A DNA stretch of 64,000 bases from Lama guanicoe (taxonomy: Eukaryota). The stretch spans positions 4,957,328 to 5,021,327 of the forward strand of contig MU054220.1 of assembly GCA_013239625.1 (NCBI GenBank), in the 5' to 3' direction. The notes below the pieces were generated by a model. That model searched no databases and was not told the DNA's origin. It worked only from the letters and a program-made list of their open reading frames with translations. A program made the position numbers and the translations under genes. Of this stretch, positions 52,181 to 64,000 are shown piece by piece; the stretch's first letter is position 1, and every line of letters begins with the position of its first letter.

Positions 52181-54831
52181 TCTGACAGGCCCTTAAGTCA
52201 AGATCTGTGCTTAATGCTAAGCTTAACTGGAGTCTTTCAAAGTAGTGTCCTGAGATCTTAATTAACAAAGGAGGAAAGAAAGAAAAGCTTACCAGATCTA
52301 GGACTATCAAAAGAAAAATTTGAGTCCTAAATAGAGGTTCCACATTGGCATATAAATTGGGATGTAGTATCCTAAACACAGCAAGATCCTTGGAAAGTTA
52401 AGACATTTTAACATATTCAAACTAGAAATCAAAGTTCTTACCATTAACAGGCATCAGTTTTATCAAATAATTTCACAGACATTACTAATAGACTTCAACT
52501 AATTCCCCTTTATGAAATGCAAAGTAAAATGATATTCTTCCTTGCCAGCTCTTTGAATTATTTGTCTTTTAACCATAGTATAGGGACAAGGCTTTCTTAC
52601 AGGATCTCCCTCAAGTAGTTACTACTTCTGCTTTTCAAAGTAGGAAATAAGATGTAAGTGTTATTTCCAGCAATCAACAGTGATTTAGTGACAGGCAGCA
52701 GTGTTAACAACAATAAAATATTTCAAATACTACACAGCACTTTGTATTTTTCCTCTTCCAACACAGCTGTGTATTTTAGCTGGATAAATAAATTAATGAT
52801 CTTAGTAAGAAGCTTTAATTGTAACTACTTTTAATCCATTTCTAAAACTGTGTATTTATGTGTGATTTTAATATCTCATTTAAACAGCAAACTCTAAAGA
52901 AATCCCTAAGATATTTTCAAGTAAAAAGACAGTTACAATTTGACCCACATTCAGCAGACACATTTGAAAAGAAAAATCTTGTAATTATGATTGTCAGATC
53001 ACAACTGATACATATGCATAAGTGGTCAGTGACGCCAGGTGGAGCCAAATTTGGGTCCAGGATGCAGTCTCTATGAAATAAAGCATCACCTTAGAGAAGA
53101 AAGAATATAGTTTCAACGAATTTCTCAAGTATGACATAAAAGGAAAATGGATAAGCTAAGCTACATTACTTTATTCCTCTAACTCAATTAATAAACTTAG
53201 TTTGTGTTTAACACTAAAGTAAACTGTTAATACTTTCACATATTTTTGAGGGATTGTGAACTTGGTTGGTCTGTGATTTTAGCTTAAGAATATCAAAAAA
53301 AGGTACTAAAAGAATGCAATTTCCTGAAATATAAGTCAGTAAAGCTTACACTCTTCCACCCTGGAGAGCCAGTTAACCCCTGTGTAAGAGCACACAGGAG
53401 AAATCAGAGTTCAGGCATTATATTGACCTAACTTGAGGTCAGCTGTACTGCCAAAATGCCTTAACAAGTGTTTCATGTATTTTTTAACTAAAAATTTTTT
53501 TGGCTACATAATACAAAATTAAGCACATTCATAAAAATCTGAGACAAAATTTAAGTTAACTGTGGGTCAGAGCTTGTTTATGATGGCCTGTTGGGAGCTC
53601 TGGGCAGGCACAGTGGAAAAGGGGTTTAGGAAGGTAAAAGAACACACAGAAGAGGGAGGAGACTTGATTAGGGAGTAGCAGAGGCAGAGTTGGGGGAATG
53701 GGAGGCTGAGCAAGTAGGTGGAACATGGGAGCTACAAGAGGAAAGATGACAGAGGGACTGGGGGGTTTTGAGGTACTAAATAATGCTTTGCTTAGAATTT
53801 ATCACCTGCAGTTTGTTTATTATAAAATACATGCTCATGGTTTAAGTATGTGTGAGTATGTATGTGTATAAAGTTCCCTTCTTCATAATAAATCATCCTG
53901 GAAAACAAGGGTTTTGTGCACATATATCTAGTGTATATATCTGCTCCTTCTTTGAATGTATTTCTTCAAATGTCTACTGGAGGGCAGGGTACAGTGCAAG
54001 GAGAGAAATACACACAAAAAAGGATTTAACCCTTAAACTCAAGTCTCCAAAATTTAGTAAAGGAATATGAAAAGCCCTCACACGAAATAAAATACAAACT
54101 CAAGGTACTATAAATGAAAACAGTGCTAGGGAGGTTCCAAAAGAGAAAGATCTGATCTGTTCGAGGCAAAATAGCTGATACACCCTCAGAGGACTTGTGT
54201 ATTCCTGGTATATTCAGAGAGCACACTCTGAAAGGAGTCCTGACAGTCGTGGAGAGGGCACTCCCCTCAGTGGCAGCTACATGAGCAACTGTGGTACTCA
54301 CCACTTTAAAAAGAGTGAAAATCAAAATAAAAGTCAGAAGGAAGTTCTACACTAAGAAAGTCAAAAATGGTGTCAGAAGTGTCCAGATAGGTACCTGCCA
54401 TGAGATTTAAAGTCTTGGCTATAAATCTTATAAAGTAACATGAAAAAATCTGGCTTTACATACACTACGTACACTATACATAAAAACGTAAACATCTTTT
54501 CTCTCCTTAAAAAAATGAATGGCATCCCTTCCATTAAGTTGGCTCTTGCTTTTAATTAAAATTCACCAGCAGTCTCTTGACTACACCTGTTTTTGGTGAG
54601 CAGTTTAAGGATATTCCTCTAAAAGGGAAGAAGTATTATACGATAAAGTAGAATTAGATGGCATTACTGTTTAGTCTTGCTTCAGTTCTCCCAGAATTCA
54701 GTTTGAAGCTGAGCAAATCATGACACTTCATTATGGAGAGGTCTTTTTATCTTATTTAGTTGCTTGACAGTTGTCATTACAGGACCAGGAAGGTACTGAT
54801 CTCCCATCATCTAAATGGAATTATGCTAAAA

Positions 54832-55030
54832 TTTTACAGCCCAGCACAGTGTCTGGTACGTGGTAGGTACACAAAAATATACTGAATAAATGAAATCATG
54901 GGTCTTCATTGAAGTCTGCAGGAAAGGCCCCCCCCACCCCTGTTTTTCACAAACCTGTGTCTCCTAAGCACTCTACCTAAATTAAAAGTAGACTTTTTGC
55001 CTTGAGAAACACTTTTGGCATCTTGAGGGA
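54832..55030 (+). repeat. Diverged duplicate unit, copy A (L2 tail + flank)
   Basis: Aligns by eye with 55981-56170. Confidence 0.85.
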
Positions 55031-55980
55031 TTACTCTCAGTCTAAACTGGTATTTATAATTAAAGATGACATAAGAGGAAAATGTGAGCAACTCTCAATT
55101 ATTCATGGTATATATACCAACTAGGTCACAATGAATGAAAATATTTTCACTACTAGTTCTCTCAAGGAACAAGGACAACAATAACAAAATCAAACTGAGT
55201 GACCGTTAAGTTTTCCCCACCCTGCCTTAATGGGCAGAAAATGTCTCCTTCACAACCGATCTAACACACACCCTATGTACATCTACAACAGACTGTCATT
55301 ATCTATTTCTCATTGATGATGTCAAAATTTCCTACTGAAATGGAAATACGTAGGGAAGGAAATCACCTGATACTTGAAACTAGTAATATTTGCAATTCTA
55401 GATTAAGCTAAAATAAGGTCCCAACATCAAAAAACAATTATTTTTGTTGGGCTCAGAGAGGTTCTACCTGAATTACACACATCCAGACAAGGGGCTGGGA
55501 GGGGTCCAGCCACAGCTTTGCTAATGTTCTTAGACTCTAGGATCTCCTACTTCTTACACCACGGGGTGAGTAAGCAGAAGAATCACACCAAGTTCCAAGC
55601 ACTGAAAAGATCTGGCATGGGACTTTTAATAACAATGACCCTCAGGGAGAGCCTGGTTCTTTCCCCAAGAAAACACACACACAACCAGTTACCAACTCCT
55701 CCAGTTCAATGGACTTCAGTACTTGAAACTCACAACGGCTCGGCTCGTATGGCCAATTCAACACAGCTGAAACTGTGTTTCTGGGCAAACACCAGAGAAC
55801 TCCTGCCAGACAACTCTATTTAAAGCTGCACTCCACCCCCCTCCAACCTCCCGCATGGCCCTGTTTTATTTTCTTCATGACACTCTTCACTGGTGGGGCG
55901 GGTGGAATCTATGTATCTTACTGGTTTTTATCACTAGTTTCCCTCACTAAAGACACTTTCCGGGAGAGCACAGGTCTATC

Positions 55981-56170
55981 TTTTACCACCAGCGCCCGGC
56001 CCATGGTAGCTGCTCAAGAAACATACTGAATAATGAAACCGTAAGTCCTCACTAAAGTCTGGACGAAAGAGCCTTTCTTCATTTTTCACAAACTTCCGTC
56101 TCCCAAGCACTCTTCCTAAATTAACTGCAGATTTTCGCCTCGAGAAAGACATTTTTGACCTCTCAAGAAC
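55981..56170 (+). repeat. Diverged duplicate unit, copy B (CpG-retaining)
   Basis: Aligns by eye with 54832-55030. Confidence 0.85.
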
Positions 56171-56860
56171 TTTCATCTTCCGAGGGACGGAGCGCCACCG
56201 AAAAGAAGGAGAAAGACTTCAGTGAAATCCGGAGGGCAAAGCTTGAGAAGAGAATGAACAAGGGGCTGTGATGAGTCTGACTTGGGAAACGCCACGGTGA
56301 GAAAAGCTGACCGAGGGACGCAGAGGAGCCTGGAACCCGCGGACCGCGGTCTCCCTGGTGAAGCCGGGGCCTGTACTCCCGGAGAGGGGCCCACCCCTAC
56401 AAAACAGCAGGGGCGGCCGGGAGCCCGCGGGAGGGCGAAGCAGCAGTCCCCGCCGGGCCCGGGGAGCGCTTTCGAGAGGCCGCGGAGCGCCCGGCCCTGC
56501 AGGCCGCTGGGGTACTCACTTGGCCCACTTGCTCCGTGGCATCGGCTAAGATGCCATAGTTGCGGTAAAGCTCCTCCACGGTCGGCATGGTGAGCGAAAA
56601 GCCCAGGGCCCGCTCCTGCTGTCCTCGTCGTCGCCGGCGCCACCGCCGCCTCTGAAGTTCTCCAAGCCTGCGACCCGCACTATTACGCCTCCAGCTGCCG
56701 CCAGGGCCGCCGCCAGTCACCGCGCACAGCACGGCTCCGCCCCCAACGTCTACGTAAAGACGTGCGCGTCAGGAGCGGCCTACATTGACCGCCAATGCAC
56801 CACCTGGGGTTTTATCGCCCTCTGGCGCTGGGAGGTGCAAAAAGCGGCCAGGACGGTTAA
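56170..56860 (-). promoter_or_regulatory. API5: API5 CpG-island promoter / 5' UTR
   Basis: High GC and CpG density around exon 1; GC box (ctccgccccc ~56735), CCAAT at 56792, ACGT-core elements 56746-56764. Confidence 0.9.
56520..56588 (-). CDS. API5: API5 exon 1 (coding part) MPTVEELYRNYGILADATEQVGQ
   Basis: ATG in CTCACCATGC context; donor CAA|GTGAGT; 69 nt. Confidence 0.98.
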
Positions 56861-57335
56861 ATTAGCTCATACCTTTTTTGGGAAGGATTGTGTGTGCCTG
56901 TCTAGGAGTTTTTGGTGCCGGTTGGAGGAAAATACAAAGATGACTGCGTTTCTGATCTTAAAAGATCTTACCAGAAAAGTGATTTCACAGGGAGAAAAAC
57001 AGAATGATGATTGAGAGTGCAAGCTGTATGGGAAGTCATAAACTATTTCCTACTGACTCAAGAGAGGTAACACGTCTGTAGCAATGTATCCAGTGTTGTT
57101 TTTGTTACTTTTTACTTTGGGTTTTTTTTTTTTGAGCAAAACACTCAGGTGTCATTAAAAGAAAATCTATGTCCACCAAGCTAAACGAGTCTAGGAGTGA
57201 AATTTGGCTTGCTGGAAAAGTTTATATTTGCTTCCTGCCAGAGTGGAGTTAGTGCCACCTGACAGTCTAATACCCAAGACAGTAATAAATAAATGAAACT
57301 ATATATACTTACTGGTAAGGATCTCTAAGATACAA

Positions 57336-57576
57336 AAATTTTTTTGGGGGGTAAATCTCCTCTTATTTCTACCCCACCAGAATTAAATTAGTTCAAAATT
57401 CTATTCCCAATCATAATTTTTTGATGATGTGATAAAATAATTTAAAATCACGTTTATGTGTTATTATTTTTAATTTTTAATTAATTTTTTATTGAGGTAT
57501 AGTCAGTTACAATGTGTCAGTTTCTGATGTACAGCATAATGTTTCAGTCATACATATACATATATATTTGTTTTCA
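57336..57576 (-). mobile_element. Short L1 3' tail (~57485-57576) plus ~140 bp extra sequence, inside an old L1ME
   Basis: Minus strand gtatgactgaaacattatgctgtacatcagaaactgacacattgtaactgactatacctcaataaaaaa; direct repeat TAAGATACAA at 57326-57335 and 57577-57586. Confidence 0.75.
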
Positions 57577-57829
57577 TAAGATACAAGTTTAGATGAAAAA
57601 AATGAAAGTTGCAAAACAGGTAAAAAAGATCACATTTATATAAAAAAGCATTCAAAACAAAGTTATATGCATATATTAATATTGAAATGTCAAGATTGAA
57701 ACATCAAGCTGTAACAGATGGTAAATTTCAAACTCGGATTCACTTGTGCAGAAAATATGCAGGCAACGGTTACAAAACAGTTCCTTGGGTCTTGTACTCC
57801 TCGTTTAGACTACGAATATTAAAAAAAAA

Positions 57830-58520
57830 TTAGGGAGTGGAAGGGGAGGAATTGGTTGAGGGATTGTTTGGAGAGAGATCTTGTGCTTGGGAGCAGCTTA
57901 GGGCAACCTCCTTCCCCCAAGCCTGGGACCACTCTGAGGAGCCTGAAATGCGGTCCCTGTAGTTGGGAGACACAAAGGACTGGTGCCTGTCATGCCTGAA
58001 AATGCTTGAGTTGCCTGTAGCAGCAGAGTGGAGGTGGCCATGCTGGGATCTTCCAGCCATCCCAGATATTGCTGGAAAGCAAGGGAGTCAGAAAGATTCC
58101 CTTGCACCAGACATGGGCCACGTGAGAGATTCTGGATCTATTTTCAGTCCTGCTCCAGGAGGCTTCTGCTTGAACAAGAGAAAGCTCCCAGGACCAGAGT
58201 CAATGGCAGCTAGAAACTGCGCGGTGACTGAGAGCAGCACATAACACGTCAGGGGGTCACAGTTGGGGGTGTCCTCTGGAGGTCCCACATTGTGGCCCAG
58301 GTAAAGACCTGGTCTCTACCAGACCAAAGAAGGTGCATATACTAATTTATCCTTTCTTCTCCCATCCCCTCTCAAAGCATTTGCCCAGGAGGGCTCAGAA
58401 ACTGCCTACCAAACAGGGTGGGGAATAAGAAGCAGAAAGGCAAGATGGGAAGACTGTCCCAGCTGGAGCAGAGAAGATCTGATTGTAAACTGAGTTTGGA
58501 GTTTTGTATATACTCCCTGC
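57830..58520. mobile_element. Probable ancient LTR relic
   Basis: GC-richer block ending gattgtaaactgagtttggagttttg; family not assignable by eye. Confidence 0.3.
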
Positions 58521-59779
58521 CACTGGATCTGTGAATGAGTTCAAAGATCATTTTGCCAAACTTACTCTATTCTTAAAAAGGCAAAACTAAGTCCCGGAAA
58601 ATGACATTGGATTGGCTCAGATTAGACTGAATGTCTGCTTGGTCCAATCAGTTAAAGCAAACTCATAGGAAGCAAAGTCGGCTGTACAGATGGAGGAGGT
58701 GGGACTGTTCCCAGAGAAGGGAAAGGTGAGGAGGGTGTTGTTATAGCATCATCCTTTCTCAGTGGGGATGTTTAAAGTCCCCCTGAATTCCATTCTATCA
58801 AGCTGATTGCTTGAATAGAGGTTGTGTTTTGGCTCATCATTCAACAAGAATTTATTGAACTCCTCCTATGAGGCAGGCACTGGTTTTGAATGCAACCAAG
58901 CAGGCAAGAAACATATTCTGATATAGAGAAACAATAAACAAAATGCACATGTGAAATGCAATGTATTTTATTCACAAAAGTAGATTGATAAAATTTATAT
59001 ACAATATAACCCGCCAATAGACAGGTTGCATATACTGACGCTGGTATCTAAGTGATGACATGTCTGGAATTAGCTTTACAGGGACAGGGAATGATCTGGG
59101 CAGTCGTCTGGTTTAGCACTTTCCCTGGAAATCTGCAGTGAATATCTCCTCCCTTTTATTCTTCCTCCACAACCCTCAATTCTTTCTAGCCTGTATTGCA
59201 GTTGCTTGTAGACATCACCACTAGATATTAAAACTTGAAACTACTTATTAATGTACAATAAATGTTAAATAAATGAAAAAATGAACTAAGGAATTATCAA
59301 ACTAATTCAAACTTTTCAGAGTCCAGTTTATTATAGTGTGGCAAAAGATCCTGAGGGTTTCTTGGCGGTAAGAATTTTTCACTTTGTTTTTATTTTTATT
59401 ATTTTACTTTTAGGAAAATCGTTCTCTCTTTCTCCTTGCCTCCTCTCCCTCCATCTGAAAATCAGTGACTTTTGCCCTAGTAAATTGTGATCTTTCAGGT
59501 GCTGTGAATATCTTTGAATTTATTTCTTTTGTAATTTTGAAATTAAGTTTAATTATTAACTGTATGTGGACAGGCTTAAAGAACCGCCCCCTCTCCTGCC
59601 ATTACTTCATATGCCTTGTATTTTGGATCAGTCTGAGAGCCCACATTCTGAGAGCTTTTATTTTAATCCAATTTCTGTCTTCCAAGGAGGCCTTTGTAAG
59701 TCTAGCAAAGAAAAGATCATGACTCTCCGGAAGAAACAGGGAAAGATTAAGGTCTAGCTGGGTCTTAATGGAACTAATG

Positions 59780-60310
59780 ATGATAATAATAGTCAATATC
59801 CATTGAGTGTTTACCATGTGCTGAATAGCATGTGTGTTACAGTCATAGCTAACCCATCTGGAGTGGCTGCTATCTGCCAGGATTTGTCCTACATGCCTTA
59901 CATGCTTTAACTCACAACAACCTTATGTAAGGCAGATACCAGATTACCCCCATTTAAGAGATGGAGAAACAAAGGCACAGAAATGTTGTGTACCTGCCCA
60001 GGGTCACACAGCTGGTGAGTAGATGTTTTGGAGTTCCTATCCTGGTAGTCTGGCTCTGAGGGTTACACCACTAACTCCTCCTATTCATAACTACCTCTCG
60101 GTTATGTGTGTTGTTTTCTCAGATGGGCTAAGTCATGTCTGGAATCTCTCAGTTCTTTATCAACGCATATTCAGCCTCCTAAGCCAGTTTGCGCCTTCCC
60201 AGGGAAGCTTCACATACTTATTAATGGTACCTGCTTTATAAGATTGTTATGAGAATTAAATGAAATAATAGAGGCAGGTGCCTAGGACAGTGCCTGGACC
60301 ACAGCAAGGG
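59780..60310. mobile_element. MIR fragments
   Basis: cccatttaagagatggagaaacaaaggcacaga...cctgcccagggtcacacagctg; ttgttatgagaattaaatgaaataa. Confidence 0.8.
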
Positions 60311-61259
60311 CTCAGTCTATATTGGTTCCCTTCCATTGTGTTAAGATGGGAAACCTTTGTGTTAAGACAGGAAGGTTGGGAGGGGGCTGTGATTTGGAGA
60401 GGGGTCCAGCAGGAGGAGCTGGAAAGGTTGATTTCTGGCCCATACAAAGTTTTTTGTAGTTTTGAGGGACTTTTTAGGGCAGCCTTCCTGTATATGATGG
60501 CTCAGATCTGCACTCTATGTTTGAGTGCTGTCCAAAGCACTGCAGCAGGAGAAGAGGAGCCTGGAGGGTTGAGCACTGGCAAATTAATACTTCTTCCTGG
60601 TCTCTTCCCCTCATATTTCATTGGCCAGAGCAAATTATATGGCTAAATCTAACTACACATGGCAGTACAAACTTTCCTTGTGCCCCTAAAGGAGAGCAAA
60701 ACAGGATACGGGCCAACAGTGTTCATGTCTGGTGAAAAGTTGATCTTGATCTCATTACATTGACACAGAGTGAGGTACTGGTAGAGCCAGCATGAGAATC
60801 TAGAACCCCCGTCCTTCAATCTAGGACCCTTTCCTCTGGAGGTGGCACTACCATAAGGAAAACTGAGGTCTGAAGCAAGACTGAAATCACCACCACCCAG
60901 ACTGTACCTCGTGGCAGCAAGCGGAGAAACTCCTACTTCATTCTCATAAACGTTTTCATTTCATAAACTGGATACAGTAAAGGTACTGTTATCTTGGGTT
61001 CCTTTTTGGGAGGCCTTTCATCTGCACTGGACTGAATATTCTTAGAATACATTAAAATGCTTACATACTAGATAAAGCATCAAAGCTCAAAGCTATGTCT
61101 TCACTGCAAGAGAATCAACACAGTTTAACTTTTGTGAAAAACAGATCACTGACTGACTTTCGGATGAATTGTTGGACAAATGCAATCACACAGATCAGGC
61201 CTGGCACTTGGTAGGGGCTCATTAAATCTTTGTTGACTGAGTGGATGAATAAACACTAT

Positions 61260-61922
61260 TCTCTGGCCAGACCTGTTGTACTTCAACCAAAAAATATTGA
61301 AAGCCAATGTGATAACGTGGTCGCCTTGGTGACTCTGGATGAACCGCCCCTTGCAGGACTGACACCCTGTGTAATGACCTTCCACCTTAACCCAGAGCTT
61401 ACTTCCGAGATCGCTTTGCCCAACGGAACATCAACAAACATGACGCAGGCAGAAGCTTGCTAAGCATTTGTGCACTGGGGCTATGCCACCACCACGTGGG
61501 GAAAGGTGGTCTGGTCTCCTTAGGGATGAGAAACCACCAGAAGACAGAGGCTGAGCCCATCCCCCAGCTCACCCTTCCCCCGGAATGTGGTTGCCTGAGC
61601 GAGCCTGGGAGAAACCAGCACAGTCAATCCACAGTATCGTGAGATATGAAAAAATCGTTGTTAGGCTAGTGGTCATGGAACCTTTTCTGGAAAGGGCCAG
61701 ATAGTAAATATTTTAGGCTTTCTGGGTCATATAATTTCCGTCACAATGTGAAAGCAGCCATAGACGACATACAAGCAAATAGGTGTGGCTGTCTTCCAAA
61801 AATTTTTATTTTCAAAAACAGATGGCAAGCGGAATTGGCTCTCCCTTGGCTGTGGTTTCCCGGCCCCGTTTTAGGCCACTAAGTTTTGGGACAGTTTGTT
61901 TTGCTGCAATAAACAACGGAAA
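61260..61922 (+). mobile_element. MLT1-type LTR interrupted by a MER58-type hAT MITE (~61668-61870)
   Basis: MER58 motif ttttctggaaagggccagatagtaaatattttaggctt; LTR end ccactaagttttgggacagtttgttttgctgcaata; ttaggc repeated at both MITE edges. Confidence 0.7.
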
Positions 61923-62519
61923 CTACCTGCCATTGTCGCCTCCTAGTTCCAGAGGTCCTCATTCCCAAGAACATCCACCCTGTGACTTCATTCCTGATGG
62001 CTCCCTGGGGTGGAATGCCCTCATTTCTCAGACCTGGCCCCGGGAAGAATAGAAAGTCAGCAGTGTGTGTTTTTAGCCTCCGGTCAAAAGGTTCCAGAAG
62101 GGCCAAGAAGAAATGGTTGTAGAAGTGTTCCTTTCACTGAAAATGGAAGGGGCTGGCTCCTGAGTTCCCAAACAGTGGGGATCACTCTCTCCTCCTGCCC
62201 TGGGACCCCAAGGCTCCATGAAGTCTGAGCAGGGTGAATTCACGCTGAAATAAGGGGCAGTTAAAGGTATAATGGAAGTCTTCTTGCCTGATAGTCTCAT
62301 TATATCCTTACAAAGACTCAGCTGTCCCCATAAAATGGGGCTTCTGACCCACGCATCCACATATTGCCCAGAAGTCTCAGATTTCCTGGAATTTCCACTA
62401 GGATTCCTAGTACTCTAAGTAATGGTCTTCAAAAATCAGAATTATTGCATAATCATCAAGGAAGTAGAGAGCACTGCCCCGTTATTATTTCAGTCCTAGT
62501 TGGCAGTATACCTGGTGGA

Positions 62520-62750
62520 GAAGGATGCTGATTCTGGAATCAAGCTGCCTACAAGCAAATCCTGTTTCCCATCTACTTAATCACTCCATGACCTTGTGCA
62601 AATCATTTAATAGTCTAAGCCCAAATTTCCCAGTTATAAAACGGTGATAATAATAGCTTTTACCTTTATAATTTTTGTGAAAATTCAATGACATAAACCA
62701 TGTAAAGTATCACAGTGCCTGGCACACACTAAATACTCAGTAGATCATCA
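62520..62750 (+). mobile_element. MIR SINE
   Basis: tgaccttgtgcaaatcatttaa...cacagtgcctggcacacactaaatactcagta. Confidence 0.8.
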
Positions 62751-63086
62751 TTATTACAAATATTAACTCATTGTCAGTCAATTCCATAGAGTGTCCTAAT
62801 TCCTTTGATTTTTATAGATTATTTATATTATTACCTAAAGTGTTCTCACTTCCACATCTCATTAATTTACCTAAAAAAAATTGGAAATATGTTGCACAGT
62901 GGTAAGTAATCTCAATTTAAAAGGGCGGAAAGTGAGATTGAGGTGTTAATTTTTCCCCTCCCCGTTGTCTTTATTCTTGCCCAATGAAGATGGTAAAAGA
63001 TGAGTATACATGTTTCAGATCCTCAGTTTACTGGTGGGGAAGAAAGAGGCAGGGGGTTGGGGGAGTACAGGAAAGAACTAACATTT

Positions 63087-63510
63087 GTGTCACAGGACAA
63101 TTCCCATGGAAGCAGACTCTGAAAAGATTTGCATGAAGCAAGTTCATTGGGAAGTGCTTTCTGAATTTACGGCTATGGGGAAGTGAAGGACGCAGAAATG
63201 GGCAGAGGGGGATATTGGAGTGTGATTCAGCTGCAACAAAGCCTCAGCCATCCCCCAGGGATCTCTGAAGCTAGAATCACCCTACGGAGCTGACTCAAAT
63301 GAAGCAATTGGGTTAGACCTTTAAACTCACAAGCTGCCCATTCGTTGGGTGTGGACCACCCCAGTAAAAGATGTGACCTTGGTCAAGGCTGCTGTCTTTG
63401 GGCTAGACCAGTTCCCAGAGGGAGCCTCAGCTGTGAGCTCTCAGTTATCACCACTCTGTGCTGTAGGTTTTTGGGGGGATCTGGGTGGTGTCCCCCAGTG
63501 TCCACAACAT
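63087..63510 (-). mobile_element. ERVL LTR (LTR33/LTR16-like)
   Basis: Minus-strand end cacttcccaatgaacttgcttcatgcaaatcttttcagagtctgcttccatgggaattgtcctgtgaca. Confidence 0.65.
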
Positions 63511-63915
63511 ACAGCTTCTACTGTGTACCAGGCACCATGTGATAAGCTTTCACGTACATCATTCCATTCAAACCTCACAACAAACCTGCAGAATGATTAA
63601 TGAAGGATGCTACGAATGTGTTTAGTGGCTTCGATATGCCTGGTGGTTTACAAATTTTTGTTCATGTCATTTTCTTAACAATCAAGATTGGAATTGTTTG
63701 TGTCAGCTAGTAGAAGAGAAATCAGCAGTTCAGAAAAGCCAGATTGACACTCAAGACTTGAACCCAGCTCTCTCACATCGGAGCTGGTACCCCTCCCACT
63801 GGTCAGTACAGACCCATTTTACAGATGGGAAACGAGGTTTCGTGAGGTTAAATGACTTTCCTGAAGTTCAGAGCCAGCAGAGGGCAGAGTTGGAACTTGA
63901 ATTCAGGTTTGAGAA
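63510..63915 (-). mobile_element. MIR fragments
   Basis: cccattttacagatgggaaacgaggtttcgtgaggttaaatgactttcc. Confidence 0.75.
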
Positions 63916-64000
63916 GATCTTTCCTAGGCATGAAGTTGTACACTGGGAGGGATGAGAAAGACTATGACGTGGTGGGGAAAAAAGGTAGCTGAGAGGAAGC

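Larger units (their letters stand above)
30620..56730 (-). other. API5: API5 gene span (14 coding exons, 524-aa main isoform); TSS and cleavage site approximate
   Basis: Exon lengths 69+162+94+66+152+207+105+90+182+94+57+77+137+83 = 1575 nt = 524 codons + stop; the translation matches mammalian API5 (MPTVEELYRNYG...RSRGRLY). Confidence 0.98.

Noticed and set aside
54906..56176. Two similar peptides (NLGRVLRRHRFVKN / NLGRVLGRRKFVKN) as a duplicated micro-gene
   Set aside because: The DNA duplication explains the similarity; indels and CpG-type changes show no codon-level constraint
56173..56643. 156-aa, 103-aa and 63-aa ORFs across the API5 island
   Set aside because: Alternative-frame or antisense ORFs in GC-rich DNA with no homology recognised
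1..64000. CRISPR arrays, rRNA, snoRNA or prokaryotic operon-like systems
   Set aside because: Eukaryotic intron-exon DNA; no regularly spaced repeats or convincing C/D or H/ACA structure seen by eye

Overview
Mammalian genomic DNA, probably camelid (a tRNA-derived Vic-1-type SINE and camelid-type L1 3' tails are present; no Alu, Bov-tA or PRE-1 was seen). Two genes lie in tandem on the minus strand. API5 (apoptosis inhibitor 5) is complete: 14 coding exons spanning 56588..32653, 524 aa, all GT-AG introns in consistent phase, a ~2 kb 3' UTR ending near 30620 and a CpG-island promoter. About 5 kb downstream, TTC17 begins (CpG-island promoter, exon 1 at 25222-25380, exon 2 at 5623-5712) and runs off the left end. 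The rest is intronic or intergenic DNA rich in L1, L2, MIR, MaLR/ERVL LTRs and hAT/Tigger relics. Most ORFs in the supplied track are spurious or L1 remnants. I see no wholly new system. The best lead is the repeat-poor last intron of API5: it supports three known C-termini (524/504/510 aa) and also contains a candidate fourth terminal exon and a 22-bp-stem pre-miRNA-like hairpin. Other leads are two candidate poison exons in TTC17 intron 1, a duplicated ~190-bp unit showing one-sided CpG decay, and retrotransposition footprints (twin-priming inversion, probable 3' transduction, very short insertions). Repeat boundaries and subfamily names were assigned by eye and are approximate.
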